Shown here piece after piece: positions 39,074 to 48,907 of a DNA stretch of 48,907 nucleotides; within the stretch, counting starts at the first letter, position 1; every line of letters begins with the position of its first letter. The notes beneath the pieces are model-generated. The model was not told where the DNA came from, ran no database searches, and saw nothing but the letters and a program-made list of their open reading frames with translations. The DNA comes from Promethearchaeati archaeon (lineage in GTDB: Archaea > Asgardarchaeota > Heimdallarchaeia > JABLTI01). Location: assembly GCA_013166835.1 (NCBI GenBank), contig JABLTI010000044.1, positions 1-48,907 on the forward strand, in the 5' to 3' direction. A program made the position numbers and the translations under genes.

Positions 39074-40409
39074 AGACTTGGGAAACATCTATCACAAAGC
39101 TATAAACTATGGTTTGAAAAAGGGAGCAGATCAAGTAGAATTATTTGTGATAGAAGGATATTCTGATGTTATACAATTAGAAAAGAATGCTATTAAAGCT
39201 TCAGAGAGTAAATCTGTAACTGGTTTAGGTGTTAGAGCTTATACAAAAAAGGGTCTTGGCATTGCAACAACATCACTAATTGATGAGGATTCAACAAAAG
39301 ATATCGTTAACAAAGCTGTAAAACTTAGTAAACTCTCACCACCAGATAAATTATTCAAAACATTACCAGGTCCTTTTGAAAAATATCCCGCAATTGATGG
39401 ATTATCAAATGAGGGAGTAAGTAATCTATCAGCTGATAAATTAACTGAAATGGCTATTCATGCTATCGATAGTGCACTGGAAAAACATGATGTAGTAGTT
39501 AGCGGAAATCTTACGCGATCACATGCAACTGAAACAATCTATAATAGCTTAGGAGTTGAGGTTACACAAAATCTCAGTTCATTATCTGGAGTAATATTTG
39601 TTAAAGCAGAGAAAAAAGATGATATTGCCACCTCATGGGATTATCAAAAAACTAGATCAGTAAAGGAATTTGATCCGGAACGAATAGGTCGTACTGCATC
39701 TGAAAATGCTATTTCTCTTTTAGGTTCAAAGAAGATTAGAAGCCAAGAATTACCAATTATCTTGGATTCCAGAGGTTCTCTTGATACTCTTTCCTCAATA
39801 ATTAGCGCTGGTTTAGATGCTTTTGAAGTTATTTTGGGTACTGCATATTTCAAAGATAGATTAGGGGAGCAAATAACAAACGAAGAAATCACATTAATCG
39901 ATAATCCATTGTATCCAAGGGGAGTTGGTTCTGCGAATTTTGATGATGAAGGTGTTCCACATAATGAATTAACCTTGATTGATGGAGGTGTTGCGAAAGC
40001 TTATTTTTCAAATTCTTATTGTGCAAATGTCTTAGGTATAAAAAATACTGGTCATGCTTCAAAAGGAAGTTTAAGTAGTAAACCACATCCAGATTTAACC
40101 CAAATCCAAATATCTCCTGGGTCATGGTCTGTAGATGAAATAATATCTGAAACTAAGAAAGGTTTGTATTTGAAAGATAGCTCACTTGAACCCTCATCTG
40201 GATCACCAAATATTTCTGTTTTAATAGATCAAGGATTTATAATCGAGAAAGGAGAAATTAGCCATCCATTAAAGGAAACAATGGTAGGGACAAATATATT
40301 CGATCTTTTGAAAAACATAAACGCAGTATCTAAGGAAGTAATCAATGAATCAGGGTCAATCTCACCTACAATACGAATTTCGAAAGCAAAGATTGCTGGT
40401 GGAGAGTAA
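39057..40409 (+). CDS. pmbA: PmbA/TldE non-catalytic partner (start may be TTG 39078)
   Basis: GADQVE, GLGVRA, FDDEG.P, TGHA; lacks HExxxH; coupled to tldD. Confidence 0.88.
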   Translation: MLEGNEDLGNIYHKAINYGLKKGADQVELFVIEGYSDVIQLEKNAIKASESKSVTGLGVRAYTKKGLGIATTSLIDEDSTKDIVNKAVKLSKLSPPDKLFKTLPGPFEKYPAIDGLSNEGVSNLSADKLTEMAIHAIDSALEKHDVVVSGNLTRSHATETIYNSLGVEVTQNLSSLSGVIFVKAEKKDDIATSWDYQKTRSVKEFDPERIGRTASENAISLLGSKKIRSQELPIILDSRGSLDTLSSIISAGLDAFEVILGTAYFKDRLGEQITNEEITLIDNPLYPRGVGSANFDDEGVPHNELTLIDGGVAKAYFSNSYCANVLGIKNTGHASKGSLSSKPHPDLTQIQISPGSWSVDEIISETKKGLYLKDSSLEPSSGSPNISVLIDQGFIIEKGEISHPLKETMVGTNIFDLLKNINAVSKEVINESGSISPTIRISKAKIAGGE

Positions 40410-40494
40410 CTCAATATCTACTTTTAAACACCAATTCTTTATATGAGATATTAGTTACACTATTTGTAGTAATAATAAAAGGTGGAATTACTTT

Positions 40495-41187
40495 TTGACA
40501 GATGATAGCGTGTTTAGACTTCTGGGTCCTGTGATGTGCGGACCTTCAAGTTCGCATACAGCTGGTGCTGTGAGAATAGGTAGAACTGCAAGACTGCTTT
40601 ATGGTAAACAACCTAAAGAAGTAAATGTTTTCTTTCACGGATCTTTCGCTGATACTTGGCGAGGTCATGGAAGTGACAAAGCAATAATTGGTGGATTATT
40701 GGGTTTTAAAACATTTGATGAACGATTAAAAGAAGCGGATAAATTTGCAGAAGAAGCTGGATTGAAAATCCGCTTCAAAAAAATCAATCTTGGCAAACGT
40801 TATCATCCTAACAGCATCAAAATTGTTGTTAAGGATGTTAAAAAAGATCCAATTTATGTTATTGCAGAATCTGTGGGTGGTGGAGACATAGTTATTCGAG
40901 AGATTATGGGTTTTAAAACAGAGATTACGGGTGAAAATGTAACTATCATCTTACAGCATGGTGATCTTGTTGGTGCTCTTTCAGATATTACTAGGATAGT
41001 GTCCACTTTTGGATTAAATATTCTCTCTCTAAAAAGCAAAGACCTACCTGAGAAAGAAGAAGCATTAACGATAATAGAGATTGAAGAAGCTGCTCCTGAA
41101 GAATTAGAGTCGAAACTAAAACAGATCAAAGGAATGAAAATGGTTAGAATATTACCAAGTTTAACCGAAGGAGAAGAAATGTTTTGA
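40495..41187 (+). CDS. sdaAB: Fe-S L-serine dehydratase beta subunit with ACT domain
   Basis: GPSSSHTAGA, GSFA.T..GHGSD.A, HPN, S.GGG, C-terminal ACT-like domain. Confidence 0.95.
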   Translation: MTDDSVFRLLGPVMCGPSSSHTAGAVRIGRTARLLYGKQPKEVNVFFHGSFADTWRGHGSDKAIIGGLLGFKTFDERLKEADKFAEEAGLKIRFKKINLGKRYHPNSIKIVVKDVKKDPIYVIAESVGGGDIVIREIMGFKTEITGENVTIILQHGDLVGALSDITRIVSTFGLNILSLKSKDLPEKEEALTIIEIEEAAPEELESKLKQIKGMKMVRILPSLTEGEEMF

Positions 41188-42077
41188 CAGTTGACAGTGT
41201 GATACCTTTCTTAGAAAAAGCGAAAAAAGAAGAAAAATCTCTTGGAGAAATCATGATTGAACATGAGGCAGCTGTTCAAGAAACGAGTGCTAAAAATGTT
41301 GTTTTTGGAATGAAACGTATTTGGGAAGTCATGGTAAAATCAATAGAAGAAGGCATTAAAATAACAAAGAGATCTCCAAGTGGTATGAGTGGTGGAGATG
41401 CGAAAAAAATACTTGCTAAATCAAAGAAAGGAAAATCCCTTGCAGGTAAAAATATCTTGAAAGTAGCTGCTCGAGCAATAGGAGTTGCAGAATATAGCTC
41501 TTCAATGGGTATCATTGTTGCTTCGCCTACTGCTGGTTCTTCTGGTGTTGTTCCTGCAGTTGTGTTTACCGCTGCTGAAATCTGTGATGCAACTGAAGAA
41601 TCAATCATTAAAGGCTTATTTGCTTCTGGTCTCATAGGTTTGGTGTGTGATGCAAAAGCATCCACAAGTGGCTCTGAACACGGGTGCCAAGCAGAAATTG
41701 GTGTATCAGCTGCTATGGCTGCTGCTGCTGCAGTTGAAATAACCGGTGGAACTGCAGAGGAAGCTGTTAATGCTGCTGCTATAATGCTTAAGAATTCTTT
41801 AGGCTTAGCTTGTGATCCTGTGGCTGGCTTAGTTGAAACTCCTTGTATTAAAAGAAATGGTATGATGGCTGCTGAGGCTCTTCTTGCTGCTGATATGTCT
41901 CTTAGCGGTGTTAAAAGTAATATTCCATTTGATGAAGTTGTAATAGCTATGGATGACATTGGTCAAATGATGCCTTGTGAAATCAAAGAAACTTCTGAAG
42001 GTGGCTTAGCGAAAACTAAAACAGGCAAAGCATTTAAAATAAAACTTAGATCTAGTGGAACTCGAAAATTAGAGTAA
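41184..42077 (+). CDS. sdaAA: Fe-S L-serine dehydratase alpha subunit
   Basis: PTAGS.GVVP, GCQAE, GLACDPVAGLVE.PC.KRN, ETSEGGLA; 4-bp overlap with the beta subunit. Confidence 0.95.
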   Translation: MTVDSVIPFLEKAKKEEKSLGEIMIEHEAAVQETSAKNVVFGMKRIWEVMVKSIEEGIKITKRSPSGMSGGDAKKILAKSKKGKSLAGKNILKVAARAIGVAEYSSSMGIIVASPTAGSSGVVPAVVFTAAEICDATEESIIKGLFASGLIGLVCDAKASTSGSEHGCQAEIGVSAAMAAAAAVEITGGTAEEAVNAAAIMLKNSLGLACDPVAGLVETPCIKRNGMMAAEALLAADMSLSGVKSNIPFDEVVIAMDDIGQMMPCEIKETSEGGLAKTKTGKAFKIKLRSSGTRKLE

Positions 42078-42119
42078 TCAAAGGGTTAAGAATAACTCAT
42101 TAAGAGTATTCTTTTCCTT

Positions 42120-43382
42120 TTACAATTTTTCTTTCAAGTAAAATCCACTTACTTTGTTGAGAATATGACTTAAATCAAAATATTTTTCATTATGGATTTT
42201 ATCCATCAAAACTGAATAGAAATCATTTACTTTACTATCACCATATTCAATCTTTTTGAGATATTGAGAGATTTCAAACAGTATGTTACAGAATTCTTTA
42301 GAAACATCTCTTACCTCTTTAGCGAATTTTGTTATTTCTTTTTGGAGATTTATAATATTCTTAGTTTTATCTTCCTCTAAGAATCGATTCACAATGTCCT
42401 TCAAATCCTTCATAGCTTGTTTCTCGGACATTACTTTGAGGTTGAATCCCTTAATTCCGGAATATAAGAATTCAATTTGTTTAAGGTTTTCATACTTGGT
42501 TAATTCAATTGTTTCAATTGAATTTATTGCATGTTCTTTTATCATTCCATTGACTTTCATTTTCTTTAAGTCTTCAAGCAATTTTTCTTTCAAATTATTC
42601 AAAAATGCTTCTTGAGTGTCCACTTCCAATGAGTTAATCAACAAAGCAATATATTTCACGATACAATCTTCAATTCTGTTTTGCCAGTGAAGCATGTCAG
42701 TAGTTGATGTTGCAGTTTTTGATTCAATTTCTAGATGTCTTAACCCAATCTCGAAAAGAGCATCTATTGCTGCGCTAACCAAATTAATTTCTTTCAACTT
42801 TACTACTTGAGCAACGCCAATTCTTGCAAAGTTCCAGAGAATTCTTAGAAATGCCTTTTCTTGATTTAACTTGTCAACAACAATTTCTGGGGGAACTCTA
42901 TTTTTCAGCTCAGGTTTTAATTCACTAACTTGGAAAGTTGTTTTCACAATGAAATCCTGGGGAGTCTTACCTGCGAGTTCAATACCTCTAATCAATCCCA
43001 ATGCTTCATGGTAAGAAATTGTTTTTGGTGTAATTACCCTGTTAAGAATGTCAAATTCAAAATGCTGTAGAGCTTTCTTGATCTCCTTACTCATCAGATG
43101 ATCAATTATAAGTTCTATTCCATTGTAAGTCATTTCTTTTAAGTCATCAGTTGCTCCTTTAATGAACTTCTCAGCTTCAGGTAAAAGTTCAGCACTTTTC
43201 TTTTTGAGAATTCTACCAGATGTCTCAATATCTTTTATTAGAACTAAATCCAATGCAATGGAATCTGAATTGACTAATTCAAGTCGTGCTAGGTTTTCAG
43301 AATAAACTTTCTTAATTACTCCTATCTCTGCGCCATTTTTATCTAGAATAATTGTACCACTATCAGCTTTTATTTGACTCAT
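42120..43382 (-). CDS. Hypothetical protein, possible N-terminal PRC-barrel-like domain plus helical region
   Basis: GTIILDKNGAEIGVIKKV resembles the PRC-barrel start; remainder helical and charged. Confidence 0.5.
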   Translation of the reverse strand: MSQIKADSGTIILDKNGAEIGVIKKVYSENLARLELVNSDSIALDLVLIKDIETSGRILKKKSAELLPEAEKFIKGATDDLKEMTYNGIELIIDHLMSKEIKKALQHFEFDILNRVITPKTISYHEALGLIRGIELAGKTPQDFIVKTTFQVSELKPELKNRVPPEIVVDKLNQEKAFLRILWNFARIGVAQVVKLKEINLVSAAIDALFEIGLRHLEIESKTATSTTDMLHWQNRIEDCIVKYIALLINSLEVDTQEAFLNNLKEKLLEDLKKMKVNGMIKEHAINSIETIELTKYENLKQIEFLYSGIKGFNLKVMSEKQAMKDLKDIVNRFLEEDKTKNIINLQKEITKFAKEVRDVSKEFCNILFEISQYLKKIEYGDSKVNDFYSVLMDKIHNEKYFDLSHILNKVSGFYLKEKL

Positions 43383-43537
43383 GTGTTTCTACCTCATTGT
43401 ATTTCCGTTAATCTCTTGAAGGAGTGTTAAAGATATTATGAATCCTAGTACACTTAAGAGTTAGTTTTCATCGTTTGAAAATCCTAAAAAACCTTTCTTT
43501 AGCTTCTAATTGTAGAGCTAAAAAAGCTATTCCTATA

Positions 43538-44296
43538 TTACTCATGTTGTATACCTATAAAGAAATCAACATCTTTTTCATACTTATCCTTCAGCTGTTT
43601 CAGTTCTTGCAGTTTTTCTATTGCTGAATTTTTTGATTTCTCAAGAATTCTCAGATACTTTTTTTGGTCATCACTCAAGTTTGTTGTTGCTAATAATTCT
43701 AGAGCCATCGATAGAGATTGTAAATCATTAGCGAAATCATGTCTCATTCGCTTTGTGATTTCTTTTAATTCATTGTTTTGCTTTTGCATATTTTCTTGGA
43801 AGAGAAAATGACAGACATTATAACTAACAAGATGTCCTATTGTCTCAAAAAGTATAATTTCATTCTCTGAAAAAGTGTAATCAGTGGTTTCCCCAATAGT
43901 AATAAAACCAAATATCTGTTTATTGGAAAATAAAGGAATTAGTAGAACTGATTTTATTAGATCGGATTCAAAAAAGATAACTTGGAGTTCTTTCTCTTCT
44001 TGCCAATTTTTAATCTGCATTACTCCTTTTCCTTGAAGGATTTCTGTAAGTGATTTTATGTTATCCAATGATTTAGAAGGTAAATGTCTGAATGTCTTAA
44101 TTCCTGTTTTTACCTTTTCTTGCATCTTTTTGGTAAAATCAATAACAAAGATAATTATTGAATCATAAGTAAAATTACTCTCAAAAAAAGTCATTGTTTT
44201 CTTGAAAATTTCATCAAGTGAATTTGCAGTTCCTAATGTTTTTGAAAAACCGCTGAATAAATCGAGTTTGTTAATAGCTTCACCTTTAATTTTCAA
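43538..44296 (-). CDS. GAF domain + HisKA (DHp) protein without ATPase domain
   Basis: KSVLLIPL...FGFI.I...FSENEI.LFETIG GAF pattern; H-box MRHDFANDL; ORF ends shortly after the second DHp helix. Confidence 0.75.
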   Translation of the reverse strand: MKIKGEAINKLDLFSGFSKTLGTANSLDEIFKKTMTFFESNFTYDSIIIFVIDFTKKMQEKVKTGIKTFRHLPSKSLDNIKSLTEILQGKGVMQIKNWQEEKELQVIFFESDLIKSVLLIPLFSNKQIFGFITIGETTDYTFSENEIILFETIGHLVSYNVCHFLFQENMQKQNNELKEITKRMRHDFANDLQSLSMALELLATTNLSDDQKKYLRILEKSKNSAIEKLQELKQLKDKYEKDVDFFIGIQHE

Positions 44297-44396
44297 TTAA
44301 TACCCTCTAATTTCATGCTGTTCATCAATGTATATGTACTTTACATCAAATAACTTTGTGTTGTTCAAAATTTTTTAAATTAAAAATGGTGTAATA

Positions 44397-45767
44397 TTAA
44401 ATGGAATCCTCTGTTAAGTTTAACTGCTCAAAGAAATCATCTGGTTTGACAAAAATGAACATTAAGATTACAGTAATAATATAAAATCCTAGAGCAATGA
44501 GACCACAGTAAGCGAAATTTTCTGATAAATTCCAAACAAAAGTAGCTATTAGAGCGTTTGCCATTAATAGACTAATTTGTCCAAAGGCATTATTTATTGC
44601 TACTGCTGTTCCTTTAGATTTTGGAACAACTTGAGTAATAAAAGCATTATAGCTTCCCATTGAAATTCCAGCAAAGAAATTTACTAGGATTATACCGCTA
44701 ATTGCTAAAGGAATATTGCGTGTTATTTCTCCCAAAAATGGGAAAAGAATTATGGATATACCTGTAAGGATTGTACCAGTTATGATAATTTTTCGTTTTC
44801 CAATTTTATCAGCAATATAACTAAAAACTGTATTACTAATTAATGCTGCAATACCTCCTCCTAAGAAAACCAACCCTATTTGGGTTTTACTCAGACCGGT
44901 AGCGTAACCATTCCAAAACAGATCTTGATCTAGCCATGTCGATAATAAAGTAATCATACCAAATAATCCTCCCCTTTGAAAAAGTGTAATAAAGAACACC
45001 CCGCGTGCATATTTATTCTGAAGTACAAGTTTCATTCTTGAAAAGTAACTTGGAATCTCTTCATTATCTGGTATTACTTCACTTTTTATTTCTTCTTGCT
45101 CAGGTATCTTTTCATTATTATTAGTAACTGGTTTAATTCCCCTACCTTTTATTCTGGGAACGATTAGCATTATTAGTACAAAAACAATAAAGCTTAAAAT
45201 TGCCATAATGCCTACACCCCATTGCCAAATTAATTTCTCAGCAACAAGCGCAATTAATGGTACAGCAACGATTGTCGCCACATAAAACGAAGACATAATT
45301 AACCCAATCGCTGTTGAAAGTTTCTTTTTTGGAAAATAGTCTCCTGCATAAGCAATAGCTGCAGGACCAAATGAAGCTCCACCTATTCCTGCAAGAGCTT
45401 GACTAAAAGCCATAAGCCAGAATTTTGTTGCTATAGCTAAAAGCATTATTGCTACTGCAAAAGTAAACATGCCAGCATACATTACAATTTTATACCCAAT
45501 ACGTTCTGTAAGAGGTCCAACAAGTAATGAAAAAACTGCAGCTGTTGCACTATAAACTATAAACATTATAACAATTATTTCCACTGGTTCGCCAATGGAA
45601 TCACTAATATAAGGAACAAACATTTGAAGAGCTGTTACTGTTGATCTCGTTGTAAACATGATTAGAAATAATACCCCTAAAACTAGATACATTTTCAAAA
45701 AGCTCTTCCAATTTTTCTCTTTAGCAAATGAATTTTCGTTTTCGGAAGATATTTCTAATTCAGTCAT
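44397..45767 (-). CDS. MFS transporter
   Basis: About 12 TM helices; motif A-like GPLTERIGYK and IADKIGKRK. Confidence 0.92.
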   Translation of the reverse strand: MTELEISSENENSFAKEKNWKSFLKMYLVLGVLFLIMFTTRSTVTALQMFVPYISDSIGEPVEIIVIMFIVYSATAAVFSLLVGPLTERIGYKIVMYAGMFTFAVAIMLLAIATKFWLMAFSQALAGIGGASFGPAAIAYAGDYFPKKKLSTAIGLIMSSFYVATIVAVPLIALVAEKLIWQWGVGIMAILSFIVFVLIMLIVPRIKGRGIKPVTNNNEKIPEQEEIKSEVIPDNEEIPSYFSRMKLVLQNKYARGVFFITLFQRGGLFGMITLLSTWLDQDLFWNGYATGLSKTQIGLVFLGGGIAALISNTVFSYIADKIGKRKIIITGTILTGISIILFPFLGEITRNIPLAISGIILVNFFAGISMGSYNAFITQVVPKSKGTAVAINNAFGQISLLMANALIATFVWNLSENFAYCGLIALGFYIITVILMFIFVKPDDFFEQLNLTEDSI

Positions 45768-45776
45768 TAATCTAGC

Positions 45777-46163
45777 TCATCCTGAAGGTGGAAAGGGATG
45801 TAAGAAGTATTGGATTTCTATAGTTATACCATTGGGATCTTCTGCGAAGAAATTGTATATCTTAAACTTCTTGTTTTCTGCTGGGGGGTTTTTCACTTTT
45901 ACATTTTTTGCTTTTAGGTTCTCAAACCATTGATCCACTTCTTCTGTAGAGTTACACACAAAAGTCAAACAAACTGTGTTTTTATCCTTATCAAGGAACT
46001 TATGTGAACAAAAACCAAGATAAGAACCCTTAGAAGTTTCATATATACGACATTGCCCTTGATCAACAATTATTTTGCATTTCAACAAATCAACATAAAA
46101 TTCAGTTGTTTTCTCAAGATCATCTGTTTGTAGAAAAGTAATTGTTGAACTGAAGTCTTTCAT
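45777..46163 (-). CDS. VOC/glyoxalase family protein
   Basis: DDLEKTTEFY..LL and FFAEDPNG..IEI motifs. Confidence 0.9.
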   Translation of the reverse strand: MKDFSSTITFLQTDDLEKTTEFYVDLLKCKIIVDQGQCRIYETSKGSYLGFCSHKFLDKDKNTVCLTFVCNSTEEVDQWFENLKAKNVKVKNPPAENKKFKIYNFFAEDPNGITIEIQYFLHPFPPSG

Positions 46164-46225
46164 AGTTTATTCCAACTATTCGTATTAATTAGTTTTTTCA
46201 AGTAAAGGAAAAAGAAGAATTTTCT

Positions 46226-46600
46226 CTATATTTTCTCCGTGTTTTCCTTAGTTATGAATGATCCTTTTAATGGTGCCCATTTGATGTATGGGTTTGCTAG
46301 TATTACTAAAATAAACAAGAGTGAAAATCGTAATACAATAAAGATGAAAAACATAATATCGTTTAACCAAAGGAATGTGTTTAATCCTACAAAAACAAGT
46401 ACTAATACTGCTAGTATTATTACAAGAATAGACCAGATAATCTCTCGCTTTTGAGTTGATTCCAATTTCACCCATCTGACTATAGCATAAATAGCTGATC
46501 CTCCAAAGATGAATGGACAAAAAGCATAAGAAACTATATGTGTTGTCGGATCGATTAATTCCCCAAGAACCATTAAGATTGCAGTTATAGATTCAAACAT
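46226..46600 (-). CDS. Small multi-pass membrane protein of unknown function
   Basis: Three hydrophobic segments; GGAG RBS upstream. Confidence 0.6.
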   Translation of the reverse strand: MFESITAILMVLGELIDPTTHIVSYAFCPFIFGGSAIYAIVRWVKLESTQKREIIWSILVIILAVLVLVFVGLNTFLWLNDIMFFIFIVLRFSLLFILVILANPYIKWAPLKGSFITKENTEKI

Positions 46601-46718
46601 ATTTTATTATCTCCAAACTAAAGATATAGTTCAATAATCTTCATAATCTATTTAATTTTCGATATAAAAAGTAAAGATTACAAGATGAACACTTAATTAT
46701 AATTCCAACAGCTCAGCG

Positions 46719-47654
46719 ATGGAAAATTATGTTGTGAGAAAATTGAATGTAACATATATTGAACGCAATTGTAAAAGCATTCTCCATAAAATCGATAATC
46801 CAAGATTACCGTTTAATTGGGGAGCAAATCCTTATCGAGGTTGTTTGCATTCTTGTATTTACTGTTTTGCTAGGTACACACATAGTTATTTAGAATTGGA
46901 TCCCGAGCATGAATTTGAAACAATGATTATTGTAAAGAAAAATGCTGCAAAGATTCTCCGCAAGGAGTTAGCGAACCCTAAATGGAAAAATGAACTTGTA
47001 AATTTAGGGTCAGTATGTGATCCATATCATCCAATAGAACGAAAGTATAAAATTACACGTGAAATGTTATTAGAGTTTCAAAGATACAAAACACCCCTTA
47101 CAGTTGCTACAAAGTCGAATTTAGTTACTCAAGATAAAGATATTCTTGCTGAGATGTCTCAAGACTCACACGTTGATGTCGTCATTTCTATCTCCTCTAT
47201 AAATGATCAAATTAGAAAAAAAGTTGAACCAAGAGCTTCATCTACTCAGAAAAGATTAGAAGCTATAAGTGAACTTCGAGCAAGTGGTATTAATGTTGGA
47301 GTTTTACTAATGCCAATTATACCATTCCTGAATGACTCAGAAAATGAAATCGAGGAATTATTCAAAGCAGTGAGTGAAACGGGAGCTAATTACGTAATTC
47401 CCGGGATTCTCTACTTAACTGGAACAACTAAGAATCGCTTTTTTGAGTTTATTGAAAAACACTGTCCAGATTTAGTTGAGAAATACAAATTATTCTATAA
47501 AAGAAGATCACCACCAAAAAATTACCGTGAGAAAATTAATCTATTATTTAGACAATATAGAGGAAAATATAATTTAGATAAATTTAGTCCTGGGCAGTGG
47601 AAATCGAAAAAAGACACTCAAAGCGTTCTTGATTATTATGTAGAGAAAAAGTGA
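46719..47654 (+). CDS. Radical SAM protein, Rv2578c/spore photoproduct lyase-like family
   Basis: NPYRGCLHSCIYCFAR (CxxxCxxC), DPY.P.E, TKS, EPRA, PIIPFLND. Confidence 0.9.
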   Translation: MENYVVRKLNVTYIERNCKSILHKIDNPRLPFNWGANPYRGCLHSCIYCFARYTHSYLELDPEHEFETMIIVKKNAAKILRKELANPKWKNELVNLGSVCDPYHPIERKYKITREMLLEFQRYKTPLTVATKSNLVTQDKDILAEMSQDSHVDVVISISSINDQIRKKVEPRASSTQKRLEAISELRASGINVGVLLMPIIPFLNDSENEIEELFKAVSETGANYVIPGILYLTGTTKNRFFEFIEKHCPDLVEKYKLFYKRRSPPKNYREKINLLFRQYRGKYNLDKFSPGQWKSKKDTQSVLDYYVEKK

Positions 47655-47667
47655 AAAGAACTACCAA

Positions 47668-48708
47668 TCATTGTTGGTAGTTATTGGATAATAATGCTTT
47701 ATCTCTAATCACTGGTTGCGATCCTTCAAAACCAATCATTTTTTCAATCTCTTCAATTGAATAATCGACTTTTTCAATATCAAGATCTTTACCAGCAATA
47801 TATCGATACACTTCATCGAAATCATAAGTTAAGTTGTATTCTCTTTCAAAGTATTTTCCAATTGTTCCTATATCTTTTCGAAGCACTTGTAGGTTTTTTT
47901 CCCGTATATGAGTATATCGTGCCGTAACTAAGCTTATATCAATTGCTTGTGGGAAATCGATGATTACAGGTTTACCATTGTGTAGAAGAATATTGTACTC
48001 TGAGAAGTCTCCGTGAATAAGCTTTGCTTTTCTGTACATGATTCTTATTTGTTCAATAATTTCATCAAAGACTTCTTCTGGTTCCTCAATAGTCGAATTT
48101 CTAAGTTGAGGTGCAGGTTCCCAGTCAGAACCGATGAAACTCATGATTATGATATTATTGATTTTTCTTGCAGGCGTTGGCACTCTCATTCCAGCATTGA
48201 AAGCACGAGTCAGTCGATCATATTCAGCTTGAGCAATGTTTGCTGCCCTCATTTGAGGGTTACCTTTTGATCTGTTATGGCAAGTATTTTGTAAACGAAA
48301 GGATTTGACGATTACTGGAGCACCTCTTAAATGAGCAACCAAGATAGTAGCTTCTTTACCTGCATTCACTTCTGCAACTAAATCGCTGATTATCCCGTAT
48401 TTTTTCAGCTCATCTCTAAGTAGCTTATAGGTTATCTCCTTCGTTTGCATACTGAGAAACCCCGGATCGAATGTATGTCTGTCGAATTTTGTAACTGCTT
48501 CTTTTGGATCTCTTTCTGTGGCTTGGGTAACTCTTTTTGTACCTTTAATCTTCTGAGTTATCTTTACTCTTTCAGCGTTTTCGAGATCATCCGTACGTAA
48601 TTGATCTTCTTGTAAGGATTCAGCATGTAACTCTAATTCATCTTCTATTTCTTGATTTTTCTTCAACAATTTATCTGATTTTTTATTTGCTTTTGTTATT
48701 TTTATCAC
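47668..48708 (-). CDS. RIO1-family atypical protein kinase
   Basis: AGKEA, VKSFR, P.P, M.FIG, HGDFSEYNIL, IIDFPQA. Confidence 0.9.
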   Translation of the reverse strand: MIKITKANKKSDKLLKKNQEIEDELELHAESLQEDQLRTDDLENAERVKITQKIKGTKRVTQATERDPKEAVTKFDRHTFDPGFLSMQTKEITYKLLRDELKKYGIISDLVAEVNAGKEATILVAHLRGAPVIVKSFRLQNTCHNRSKGNPQMRAANIAQAEYDRLTRAFNAGMRVPTPARKINNIIIMSFIGSDWEPAPQLRNSTIEEPEEVFDEIIEQIRIMYRKAKLIHGDFSEYNILLHNGKPVIIDFPQAIDISLVTARYTHIREKNLQVLRKDIGTIGKYFEREYNLTYDFDEVYRYIAGKDLDIEKVDYSIEEIEKMIGFEGSQPVIRDKALLSNNYQQ

Positions 48709-48907
48709 CTTATGAATTTTATAGGAGTAATTGAACTGGATAATGAGTTCTCGTTATCCTTCTCTAGTTATGATAATTACAACATGCAATTTGAAGCGCA
48801 AAGAAATAAGCAGCATAAACCTACCAGAAAGTTCTCGTTCAAAATGTCTAAAACAGAAGCAAAATTAAGAAAGAATCAAGAGCTCAATTTGAGCTAAGAA
48901 TAGACTT

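Noticed and set aside
37682-40409. tldD/pmbA as part of a RiPP cluster
   Set aside because: No precursor peptide or YcaO/modification genes nearby; ordinary housekeeping pair
41276-41959. 227-aa antisense ORF and the many other short ORFs overlapping real genes
   Set aside because: Shadow ORFs opposite or inside well-supported genes; no independent motifs
48712-48897. 61-aa plus-strand ORF at the window end
   Set aside because: Starts 3 bp from the divergent RIO start, leaving no promoter space; no recognisable features

Overview
AT-rich archaeal chromosomal segment. It is most consistent with an Asgard archaeon (Heimdallarchaeia-like), inferred from the mix of archaeal informational genes and eukaryotic-signature-type proteins. 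Core content: intron-containing tRNA-Cys, an atypical stand-alone EF-1alpha, and the RNA polymerase operon (unsplit rpoB, split rpoA'/A'', rpl30e, nusA; no rpoH in front, no rps12/rps7 behind). Also present are tldD/pmbA, a bacterial-type two-subunit L-serine dehydratase, a RIO kinase, a radical SAM protein, transporters and two large surface proteins. Most interesting observations: (1) a Rag/Arf-like GTPase-roadblock gene directly upstream of a longin/uDENN gene that keeps the FLCN/NPRL2/SMCR8-type arginine-finger motif; (2) an unannotated ~125-140 nt structured element with three CUCGGCA-loop hairpins, upstream of a catalytically degenerate Hef/FANCM-like helicase; (3) two TrmB-like regulators split by very long helical rods (11-residue periodicity counted in one); (4) a tRNA intron at non-canonical position 53/54; (5) several pseudo-enzymes; (6) three one-base frame breaks, one of which separates a surface protein from its membrane anchor. 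All family calls come from motifs read by eye, not from database searches.
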